DNA of 24,000 nt, taken from assembly GCA_947475175.1 (NCBI GenBank), contig CANJLN010000001.1, positions 24,305 to 48,304 on the forward strand. The letters are read 5' to 3'. A model generated the notes under the pieces. The model was given only the letters and a program-made list of their open reading frames with translations. It was not told where the DNA came from and did no database searches. The stretch comes from Alphaproteobacteria bacterium. GTDB lineage: Bacteria > Pseudomonadota > Alphaproteobacteria > Paracaedibacterales > CAIULA01. How positions within the stretch are numbered: the first letter of the stretch is position 1; the number at the start of each line of letters is the position of its first letter. This document shows, piece by piece, positions 1-7,063 of the stretch. The position numbers and the translations under genes are program-made.

Positions 1-1420
1 TCATGTGGGTGCTGTTCCATACCTGTGGCCCTTATTGCGTTGCCCTATTTATGCAACGCCTTTTACAGCAGCAATTGTCAGACAAAAAATTTCTGATAAA
101 CCCTGGAAGGATCAAGTTAAATTAATCGAAGTTCCTTTGTCAGGAAAAATAAACATTGGCAAGTTTGGCATAGAATTTATAACACTGACGCATTCCATTC
201 CTGAACCCAATGCTTTGGCCATCACTACACCGCTTGGGACTATTGTTCATACGGGTGATTGGAAGATTGATCCAATGCCGCTGGTTGGCGAGAAAACCGA
301 TGAATCACGCTTGATAGAGTTGGGAGACCAAGGTGTTTTGGCCATGGTTTGTGATTCAACCAATGTATTTACAGAAGGCGAGTCTGGATCAGAGCAAACC
401 GTTAGAGAAGAATTAATCGAGCTTATTGGTGAATTTCCAGAGAACCGTATTACTGTGGCGTGCTTTGCTTCAAATGTTGCCAGGCTAGAAACAGCTGCCC
501 TTGCTGCAAAACATCATGGCCGAAAGGTTGCGCTCGTTGGAAGATCTTTGCATCGTATGGTTCAAGCCGCTGAATATGCTGGTTATTTAAAGCATCTGCC
601 TGCCTTTATTAGTGATACGGATGCGATGAATTTACCACCTGAGAAAGTCTTAATTATTGCAACAGGTTCTCAAGGAGAACCAAGAGCGGCTTTAACACGT
701 ATCGCTTTTAACCAGCATCCTGTTGTTAAAATGGGACCAAAGGATGTTGTGTTCTTTTCTTCACGCGTCATTCCCGGAAATGAAAAGAGCATCAGTTTAT
801 TGCAAAACAGGCTGGCTCTTAATGGCGTTGATGTGATCACAGCTCATGAAGCAGATATTCATGTATCTGGGCATCCTGCACGCGATGAATTAAAACAAAT
901 GTATCGTTGGTTGCGTCCGCGTATTGCAATCCCCGTTCATGGAGAAGCACGTCATTTACAAGAACATGGCCGACTTGCCGAAGATGAAGGTATCAAAGAA
1001 GTCATTATTCCTCAAAATGGTAGTCTTATCAAAATTGAAGCAGGTAAATCCAAAGAACTAGAGTTGGTTCAAGCTGGACGTTGGGTTTTAGATGGCAATC
1101 GAATGATTGAATCCACGTGTATAATGCTAAAGGATAGAAATAAGCTTTCCGTTCAGGGGGTTATCGTTGCCAATTTAGTGATTGATAACATGGCAAGACT
1201 CCTCGGGGTGCCGCAGTTCACAATGATTGGTATTGCACAGGCAGGTGATGAAGAGGATATCTTAACCCGAGAATTACACCGAACAATTCGTGAAACACTT
1301 TTGAAAGATTATAGGGATGATAAGGCTCGGTTAGAGGCTGTCAGATCTGTGGTTCGTCAAACGGCCAATAAGATTTTTAACAAAAAACCGATTGTTGAGG
1401 TTCATTTTGTGCAGGTCTAG
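1..1420 (+). CDS. rnj: RNase J family beta-CASP ribonuclease (metallo-beta-lactamase fold), 5'-truncated by the window edge
   Basis: ORF 5..1420 stays open back to base 1. Codon 2-4 is His, and the following VGAVPYLW continues the HxHxDH-IGAxPYL motif of MBL/beta-CASP enzymes. Later motifs appear in RNase J order: HTGDWKIDP, MVCDSTN, HVSGHPARDEL, IPVHGEARH. About 80 N-terminal residues must lie upstream of the window. Confidence 0.85.
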   Translation, partial: HVGAVPYLWPLLRCPIYATPFTAAIVRQKISDKPWKDQVKLIEVPLSGKINIGKFGIEFITLTHSIPEPNALAITTPLGTIVHTGDWKIDPMPLVGEKTDESRLIELGDQGVLAMVCDSTNVFTEGESGSEQTVREELIELIGEFPENRITVACFASNVARLETAALAAKHHGRKVALVGRSLHRMVQAAEYAGYLKHLPAFISDTDAMNLPPEKVLIIATGSQGEPRAALTRIAFNQHPVVKMGPKDVVFFSSRVIPGNEKSISLLQNRLALNGVDVITAHEADIHVSGHPARDELKQMYRWLRPRIAIPVHGEARHLQEHGRLAEDEGIKEVIIPQNGSLIKIEAGKSKELELVQAGRWVLDGNRMIESTCIMLKDRNKLSVQGVIVANLVIDNMARLLGVPQFTMIGIAQAGDEEDILTRELHRTIRETLLKDYRDDKARLEAVRSVVRQTANKIFNKKPIVEVHFVQV

Positions 1421-1449
1421 TTTGATTTTCACCCAAAATAAACACTAAA

Positions 1450-1478
1450 TTGAAGCAAACGTTAAAAATTAGTTAAAT
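1450..1478 (+). promoter_or_regulatory. Candidate sigma70-type promoter (TTGAAG-17 nt-TTAAAT) upstream of the Pro/Gln-rich membrane protein gene
   Basis: TTGAAG at 1450-1455, a 17-nt spacer, then TTAAAT at 1473-1478, in the AT-rich rnj-downstream spacer about 70 nt before the GTG start at 1551. This is a by-eye hexamer match only. Confidence 0.25.
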
Positions 1479-1550
1479 TTAATTTAAAAAACTTGTACAC
1501 TATCCTAGAACAATAGAAACTGCAGAAATCTAAAAGTTCTAGGAGTAGAT

Positions 1551-2546
1551 GTGATTTTTAAAGCCAAAGGAAACAGCCAAAGTGCTCAGGCTGAGTACGA
1601 TCAAACCGATATTTATGAGCAATTTCGGCCGGCTTGGTTTCACTTTACCTCCGGGTCTCCTGAACAACAGAGAGCCGCAAATACTTTTCATTCTAAACGC
1701 ACCGAAGAAGTGGTTCTGGACGTTCATCCTTCCAAAGTAAGATCATCAGAATCGAAAAGAGTTTATACAGCCCCTCCAAAAGGGGCGACAAAATCCACAT
1801 CTTATACAAGAGACCAATCTTTTTTGGCTTTATGCAAACGTCTTTGGATTGACGAGGAGTTATTTTTTTCTATGAGTAAATTATCTTTATTAGGCATGGT
1901 TATTGGTCTTATGTTCTTAGGAGCTTTGTTTTTCCTGAGTGGGTTTTTAATGGCCGTCAATTTATACGGGATTGGCGCGCCAAAAACGGAAGCACACCTT
2001 GCTGCTCAAGGTCAGAGTTTTAATCCACAACATATGCCAACACCAGGATACACTCAAGGGCATGCGCAAACTCATAACCCAGCAGGTTTTCAGGCAAACA
2101 GAGATATTAATGCCTCTGTTCATCCTCATTATGCTTCTGTTGGAGGCGTGGCAATGATGCCATCACAACGATTACCAAGCAATATGAACCACCATCAAAA
2201 ACATGCTTCTGTGCCTTCTTATGCACCAACAAGAGGAATGATAGCAGGTGTGCCACAACAACAAGCTCGTCCCTACTATCCACCACCTCCGCAGCCCTTA
2301 GTTCAACCAACTGCTTATCCTTCTTATCCGCAACAACAGGGAGCTCCTGTTTATGGAAATCCCCCGGCTGGTGTCGCACCAATAGGGCATCCTGCAGCTC
2401 CATCGGCTGCTATGCCCACTGCACCATCAGTCGGTACGCCAGCTGTTCCAGCGGTTGGAATACCAGTTGTGCCGTCAGTCGGCATGCATGCCCCTCGAGC
2501 ACCATCGGTTGCTACACCCGCTACGCCACAGCTTGTTCATTATTAA
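1551..2546 (+). CDS. Hypothetical single-pass membrane protein with a long Pro/Gln/Ala-rich low-complexity C-terminal region
   Basis: GTG start preceded by AGGAG (1541-1545) at 5-nt spacing. One clear hydrophobic helix (LSLLGMVIGLMFLGALFFLSGFLMAV). The C-terminal ~190 aa is P/Q/A-rich with degenerate PS(V/A)G-x-P-A/V-VP repeats. I recognise no family. Confidence 0.6.
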   Translation: MIFKAKGNSQSAQAEYDQTDIYEQFRPAWFHFTSGSPEQQRAANTFHSKRTEEVVLDVHPSKVRSSESKRVYTAPPKGATKSTSYTRDQSFLALCKRLWIDEELFFSMSKLSLLGMVIGLMFLGALFFLSGFLMAVNLYGIGAPKTEAHLAAQGQSFNPQHMPTPGYTQGHAQTHNPAGFQANRDINASVHPHYASVGGVAMMPSQRLPSNMNHHQKHASVPSYAPTRGMIAGVPQQQARPYYPPPPQPLVQPTAYPSYPQQQGAPVYGNPPAGVAPIGHPAAPSAAMPTAPSVGTPAVPAVGIPVVPSVGMHAPRAPSVATPATPQLVHY

Positions 2547-2555
2547 GTGTGAACA

Positions 2556-3347
2556 TTGCTAAAACTACCACCTCTTATCTTCGGCACATTCATCAAACGA
2601 TATAAACGATTTTTTGTGGATGTGCTGTTAGAGGATGGAATTGAAGTCACAGCCCATTGTCCCAATCCAGGCGCAATGTTGGGCGTTTTAGATCCTGGTA
2701 ACCGAGTAGCCATCACCCATAACAGCAATCCGGCCCGAAAATTATCCTATACCTGGCAATTGGTCGAGGCCGAGGGGACATGGATTGGCGTTAACACACA
2801 TTTGACCAATGAAATTGCGGCTGCGGTTTTGGAACAGCAATTAAGGCTGTCATCCTCGGACTTGTTCCGAGGATCTAAAGATTCTCGCAATAAATGCGAG
2901 AATGACACTATAGGCGGGGTGTGTAGAGGCGCTCTAACTGAACTTTCTCTCTATTCAACCATCCAACGTGAAGTCAAATATGGGATTAATTCTCGCATTG
3001 ATTTTTTGTTAACGGGCGAAGGTTTACCACCCTGTTATTTAGAGGTGAAAAACGTTCATCTGAAACGAAATGGTGTTGCTCAGTTTCCTGATTGCGTGAC
3101 AGCCAGAGGAGCCAAACACATGGCTGAATTAACATTGATGCGTCAGCAAGGCGTGCGATGTGTGATTTTGTATATTGTGCAGCGAAATGATGTCAAAGAA
3201 TTTGCCTTGGCTGCCGATATTGATCCTGCTTATGCCAAGGCCTCAGAAATTGCCAAAGCCAGCGGCGTTGAAATGCTAGCCTTGGGATGTGAGTTTGATT
3301 TAGAAAAAGATTATGTCTCCTTTTTCAACAGACTTTTAGTGAGTTAA
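2556..3347 (+). CDS. sfsA: Sugar fermentation stimulation protein A (SfsA) homolog carrying an in-frame ~30-aa insertion
   Basis: TTG start. The N-terminus LPPLIFGTFIKRYKRFFVDV...HCPNPGAM matches E. coli SfsA ([20 protein letters not shown]...HCPNTGAM). Later blocks are REVKYG-NSRIDFLL, YLEVKNV and FPDCVTARGAKHMAEL. The length is 263 aa against ~234 aa for E. coli (recalled), and the excess maps to the repeat at 2847-2907. Confidence 0.9.
   Translation: MLKLPPLIFGTFIKRYKRFFVDVLLEDGIEVTAHCPNPGAMLGVLDPGNRVAITHNSNPARKLSYTWQLVEAEGTWIGVNTHLTNEIAAAVLEQQLRLSSSDLFRGSKDSRNKCENDTIGGVCRGALTELSLYSTIQREVKYGINSRIDFLLTGEGLPPCYLEVKNVHLKRNGVAQFPDCVTARGAKHMAELTLMRQQGVRCVILYIVQRNDVKEFALAADIDPAYAKASEIAKASGVEMLALGCEFDLEKDYVSFFNRLLVS
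2847..2907 (+). repeat. Double-hairpin palindromic element (TGTCAT...ATGACA termini), copy 1, inside sfsA
   Basis: The sequence is CTGTCAT-CCTCGGActtgtTCCGAGG-ATCT-AAAG-ATTCTCGCAataaaTGCGAGAAT-GACA. It has two 9-bp stems and TGTCAT/ATGACA terminal inverted repeats. The first 30 nt are identical to 4148-4177 and to the reverse complement of 13800-13829. It is read in frame as LSSSDLFRGSKDSRNKCEND. Confidence 0.9.
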
Positions 3348-4106
3348 GTCGTACGTGACTACAACTCGAGGAGCATTATAAAACTTCTCGAATTCAGGAT
3401 TTCTATCAACTGACCAACCCATAGATTCCAACAATCCCAAATCTCTGAATTTAGGATCTAACAGCATGACCACATGATTGGGCAAAGCTGCATCCGTACA
3501 TTCGAGTTTGTGACTGTTCTCGAGAGGCATTAATTTTCCTTGAGCTCTTAAAGCTTTTGCAAGATCCACCATGCCCGTATAAATTTCTCTTCGCGCATCA
3601 TCTGTCAAAGTTGAAGGGATCAATGGTACAAAATTGAGAAGACCAAAGTTTCTAACTCTCTCATCATGTGCGTCATCTGTTCCTTCACCTACAGTTTGAC
3701 GAACGCCTAAACTTTTCCATTTGGCAATAATGGCAGCATGTTCTAATGGATCATAACCTTTACCAGCGGCAGCACCAAAAACAGGCATACGCCCCTGGAT
3801 AACCACTGGAAACAATGTTTCTCCTGGAACCATAAACACCATCATGTGATAAGAGTTGTTCTCTTTTTCTCGTCTGATGACATGAGCATCAACCGCACTG
3901 ATTCCAACCGATGGATTTGTTGGATCTTTTTTTAGATCATCTAGAAGAACTCCAAAAGCATCTTTATCACGCGACGTTATAGAACGCATGTGAAGCGAAT
4001 CTGTTTGACCATGTATCATGTTAAAATCAAATTGGGTTGTCGGTGCCGCTGCCATCGCTGGTATCCAGCTGAGGCATAGGGCTAATAGTAGAATTTTTTT
4101 GATCAT
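3336..4106 (-). CDS. Hypothetical exported protein (Sec-type signal peptide)
   Basis: 256-aa ORF with an N-terminal MIKKILLLALCLSWIPAMAAAP signal-like sequence. I recognise no domain. Its 3' end overlaps the sfsA 3' end by 12 nt (convergent). Confidence 0.55.
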   Translation of the reverse strand: MIKKILLLALCLSWIPAMAAAPTTQFDFNMIHGQTDSLHMRSITSRDKDAFGVLLDDLKKDPTNPSVGISAVDAHVIRREKENNSYHMMVFMVPGETLFPVVIQGRMPVFGAAAGKGYDPLEHAAIIAKWKSLGVRQTVGEGTDDAHDERVRNFGLLNFVPLIPSTLTDDARREIYTGMVDLAKALRAQGKLMPLENSHKLECTDAALPNHVVMLLDPKFRDLGLLESMGWSVDRNPEFEKFYNAPRVVVTYDLTH

Positions 4107-4147
4107 TTTTATTCCTTTAGTTGTTGCTTAAGTATCTTTCAACGCTA

Positions 4148-4233
4148 CTGTCATCCTCGGACTTGTTCCGAGGATCTTTTGAAGTTTGTTAACCCCTTCC
4201 TGAGATTCTCGGAACAAGTCCGAGAATGACAAG
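4148..4233 (+). repeat. Double-hairpin palindromic element, copy 2, full-length and intergenic
   Basis: The left arm CTGTCATCCTCGGACTTGTTCCGAGGATCT (4148-4177) is followed by a 25-nt spacer. The right arm AGATTCTCGGAACAAGTCCGAGAATGACAAG (4203-4233) is the near-perfect reverse complement of the left arm. The two arm differences (C to T and G to A) are compensatory within the right hairpin. Confidence 0.9.
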
Positions 4234-4350
4234 AGCAGATTCGGGAATGATAATATGCTCATTCTTATGCCCACTTCATCTGTGGAAATCAAGCCGATTT
4301 TTCTCTTATTGCCTTTGATCCATTGGATCGCTTATATTGTTGAGTATGTT

Positions 4351-4427
4351 CGGAACGTAGCGCAGCCTGGTAGCGCACTATTCTGGGGGGATAGGGGTCG
4401 TGGGTTCGAATCCCGTCGTTCCGACCA
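4351..4427 (+). tRNA. tRNA-Pro (anticodon GGG)
   Basis: Hand-folded cloverleaf. Acceptor stem CGGAACG/CGTTCCG is perfect. D arm is GCGC-AGCCTGGTA-GCGC. Anticodon arm is CTATT-CTGGGGG-GATAG, with U33, GGG and G37. T arm is GTGGG-TTCGAAT-CCCGT, discriminator A, encoded CCA. It is very similar to E. coli proK as I recall it. Confidence 0.9.
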
Positions 4428-4431
4428 TTTT

Positions 4432-4662
4432 TCAAAAAATATCAATCAGATTAAACTGAATCACCACAAAAGCAATCACCCACAAAATAGCAGAAATTTT
4501 GGTTGTCAGAATAACCTTTTTTCTAATTTCAGGTTTGACAGGTGCACTTGTGGCGAACCCTTTTTCGGGGTTTTCATCAACTTGGACACCCATGGGAAGT
4601 ACCGCCATAAAGACTGTCCACCAAATGACCTGAAAGGCAACAAAACCTGTAAAAATGTTCAT
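4432..4662 (-). CDS. DUF1467 family small membrane protein (alphaproteobacterial conserved)
   Basis: 76 aa with two hydrophobic helices flanking a charged loop. The pattern [16 protein letters not shown]...[15 protein letters not shown] matches my recollection of DUF1467 (..WW..lFavLPfGvr...P...P.l..K...tt). Confidence 0.7.
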   Translation of the reverse strand: MNIFTGFVAFQVIWWTVFMAVLPMGVQVDENPEKGFATSAPVKPEIRKKVILTTKISAILWVIAFVVIQFNLIDIF

Positions 4663-5001
4663 TTTAATTCCAATTCATTTTTTTCTTTCTCTTTTCTGAC
4701 AGTATGGAAAAAACTGTCCGCTGTATTTTGAGAATCTCGTACACTTTAAAAGCTCTGACCCTCAAGAGTTGGTTTTAAAGGGAGGGGATAATTGTAGCTT
4801 ATACCCTTGTCGCTGGTTGTTTCTATGGCTCACAACAGCCTGCCTTAATCTGACACTGATCCTTTTCTCCATTAACTGGCGAAGTTCTCAAAATCCAGCG
4901 GACCAAACTTTAAGAGGGCGATGATCAGAATGGCAATGTCAAGTTTTGCGCTGCTTCCTGTTTAGGTTCGCTACTACCCATAAGGAATCTTAACTTTGCC
5001 T

Positions 5002-5046
5002 AAAACCAGGGGGAAGAAAAGAATTATGTCCGTCCCTGGTTTTTTT
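5002..5046. terminator. Hairpin flanked by an A-run and a T-run (possible bidirectional intrinsic terminator)
   Basis: The sequence is AAAACCAGGG(5002-5011)...CCCTGG(5034-5039)TTTTTTT(5040-5046). The stem can extend through GGA/TCC, but the loop is long (~20 nt). It lies ~215 nt downstream of the AlbA_2 gene stop on the minus strand. Confidence 0.4.
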
Positions 5047-5262
5047 GTTGCCTTGAGCTTGAGAGGTAAGAGAGTTCTGCAGATGTACTCTCTATGTTTC
5101 TTTTGCTTTTTGGCTCCTGATTATCTCTTCATTTTCAGAATAACAAAAAGGGTTAAGAAAACGCAAATTTTAAGAAAGCCCAGGACTTTTTAGTGCTATT
5201 TTCGAAATGTGATATAATTCCTGTTTTTTTAATTACGGCTTGGTTGGCAGATACGAAGAAAT

Positions 5263-6954
5263 TTACCTATAATCTTTTTCTAGAAAATCCTTCGGCTGAG
5301 TCTGGTACTTAGCAATTTGTCTTTTTTCAAAAGCTTCCTTAACCTTTTCATCAGCCAACGCCTTTAAGAGAACTTCACCAAATATAGGATCAGAACCAAC
5401 AATATCTTTTACTACTATCTTAGCTTGCTCTCTCAAAGTAGAGCCTCCCCCATCTAGAAAGTAATCGTCAATTGTATTTCTACTAAAAACAAAATCAATG
5501 CAATTCTTTCCTATCTCTAACCGAACCAAGAGGTTTCCAAGATGATCCATGCTGTTGTGCCATACAGTTTCTTTAACAAGATTCATTTTTTGCAGCTTTC
5601 CAGTATTTTCTCTTAAAGAGTATTTTTTCTTGGGATCATTTGGGCTTTGAGATAGTTCTATTATTTGTCCTTTATCTGCCATCCCAGAAAGCCTATTAAT
5701 GACAGAACGTTTACTAATACCAACACAACTGGTAATTTGGTGTGTGGACAGAGGCCCACAAAAAGTCAAAAGACCAAAGATAAATTGATCAAGATCATTC
5801 ATAATAAATTGACTCACCTTTTGCTTATAAAAGGTGACCCGAATGCGAGGGCCAATTTCTTCAAAATAGGGAGCTTCTAAGCCTGCTTCTAAACAAGCAT
5901 TAGTCATTCTTGTAATACCGCTGCCCCATTGCTCAATTAATCCTAACTCATTAAAAACACGAGCTATTATTGGATTGCGTAGTTTTGAAACACCCGCTTT
6001 CAAATCCTCAAACGTTAACCCCCATGGTAAAAGAGCACTATTTTCTATCTCAACTCGATCTTCAAAAACAGCAACTTTAATGGTAGCCCCTAAAGAATAG
6101 TCTGTATGGACAACAGCATTGATAATAGCTTCTCGCAAAGCCACTTTAGGAATTTCCCAGACTTCTTGATGCTGGATATTATTAATTTCCAACCCAACAC
6201 GCAGATTTCTTTTAACAAAGTTAAGAGTTTCCTCAACTGCTTGAGGAAAAAAAGTTGTAATTTTTTGAGTGTCTAAAATTTTTGTCTTTTCAAATCTCTC
6301 AAAAGCACCAACTTGAATCCAAGCATCAGGGAAAAACTTAAGACGGTCCTTTCCAAACAAAAGAATTCCGCCAACAGTTGGCATTAATTCTTTACCTTGC
6401 TTTACAATGATTCCAAGTGACACAAAATCACTTTGTTGTAGTTTCCTATGAGGTTCAAACAACTGTGTAGCAGCTGTGAAATCAATATCTTCACAGCTTG
6501 TTTCATAGCATGGCTCTTCATCAAAAGTTTTAGCGATGGTTGATCTTTCAATCACTTTTAGTAAAGCTGCATCAGCTTGCCGTGTTGTTGACCCTATTCG
6601 AACATATGTTGAGGTTTCTCTACCTTTTGATTTTATATAATGGGGCCTGACAGAACTTGGGTAAACCTCTACTGATATCAAATGAGTGTTTCTATAAGGA
6701 ATAACTTCTATATTGGGTAAAATTCTAGGCTCTATCATTTCATGAATTTTGTTGGAAAGTACCTCAGTGACTTTATGAGGATCTTCAACACCTACAATAT
6801 GTCGTGTTTTATCCTGCACCCCTATAATCACACGACCTCCAGAGGTATTAGAAAAAGCAATCAGTGTTGAGATAATCTTATCTTCAGATTTTATGTTCTC
6901 TTTAAATTCTAGGGTAGTTCCTTCATTTCCTTGAAGAATCTCATCAATTTTCAT
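5263..6954 (-). CDS. Schlafen/AlbA_2 (divergent AAA_4) plus HATPase_c_4 plus winged-HTH protein with an extra ~110-aa C-terminal domain
   Basis: The AlbA_2 signature is EGTTLEFKE...IAFSNTSGGRVIIGV...VRPHY...YVRIGSTT. The HATPase_c_4-like block is REAIINAVVHTDYS...NPIIARVF...WGSGITRM. An HTH-like segment (LSTHQITSCVGISKRSVINRL) follows, then an unassigned tail. The ORF track starts at a TTG at 7020. The ATG at 6954 (MKIDEILQGNEGTTLEFK) fits family N-termini better, so the start is uncertain. Confidence 0.75.
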   Translation of the reverse strand: MKIDEILQGNEGTTLEFKENIKSEDKIISTLIAFSNTSGGRVIIGVQDKTRHIVGVEDPHKVTEVLSNKIHEMIEPRILPNIEVIPYRNTHLISVEVYPSSVRPHYIKSKGRETSTYVRIGSTTRQADAALLKVIERSTIAKTFDEEPCYETSCEDIDFTAATQLFEPHRKLQQSDFVSLGIIVKQGKELMPTVGGILLFGKDRLKFFPDAWIQVGAFERFEKTKILDTQKITTFFPQAVEETLNFVKRNLRVGLEINNIQHQEVWEIPKVALREAIINAVVHTDYSLGATIKVAVFEDRVEIENSALLPWGLTFEDLKAGVSKLRNPIIARVFNELGLIEQWGSGITRMTNACLEAGLEAPYFEEIGPRIRVTFYKQKVSQFIMNDLDQFIFGLLTFCGPLSTHQITSCVGISKRSVINRLSGMADKGQIIELSQSPNDPKKKYSLRENTGKLQKMNLVKETVWHNSMDHLGNLLVRLEIGKNCIDFVFSRNTIDDYFLDGGGSTLREQAKIVVKDIVGSDPIFGEVLLKALADEKVKEAFEKRQIAKYQTQPKDFLEKDYR

Positions 6955-7063
6955 TTTTACAATCTTAAAAAACCTCAACATACTATGCATTTTAGTGTGA
7001 ACATACTGTGAAGTCAACAAAGATTTCAGTCGTTTTTATGGGAGTTTATAGCGACAACAATGT

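Noticed and set aside
3336-3347. 12-nt convergent overlap of sfsA and the exported-protein gene
   Set aside because: Short 3'-3' overlaps are common in compact genomes. Nothing else in the sequence supports a special antisense mechanism.
4255-4731. 158-aa plus-strand ORF from the ORF track
   Set aside because: It runs straight through the tRNA-Pro gene (4351-4427) and is antisense to the well-supported DUF1467 gene. It has no family features and is considered spurious.
4741-5050. Possible (two-piece) tmRNA or other housekeeping RNA in the ORF-free region
   Set aside because: I looked for a T-arm (GGTTCGA..TCC), an acceptor end (..CCA) and an ANDN..-type tag ORF ending in AA-stop, and found none. 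The only short frame ending in a stop reads ..SSFALLPV, which is unlike known tags. No SRP (GGAA/AGCA) or RNase P (GAGGAAAGTCC) motifs were seen either.
4996-5193. 65-aa plus-strand ORF (MPKTRGKKRIMSVPGFF..)
   Set aside because: It starts at a TTG (4996), not an ATG, has no Shine-Dalgarno sequence, and reads through the hairpin at 5002-5046. It has no Shine-Dalgarno sequence or family features and has low-complexity basic and hydrophobic composition.
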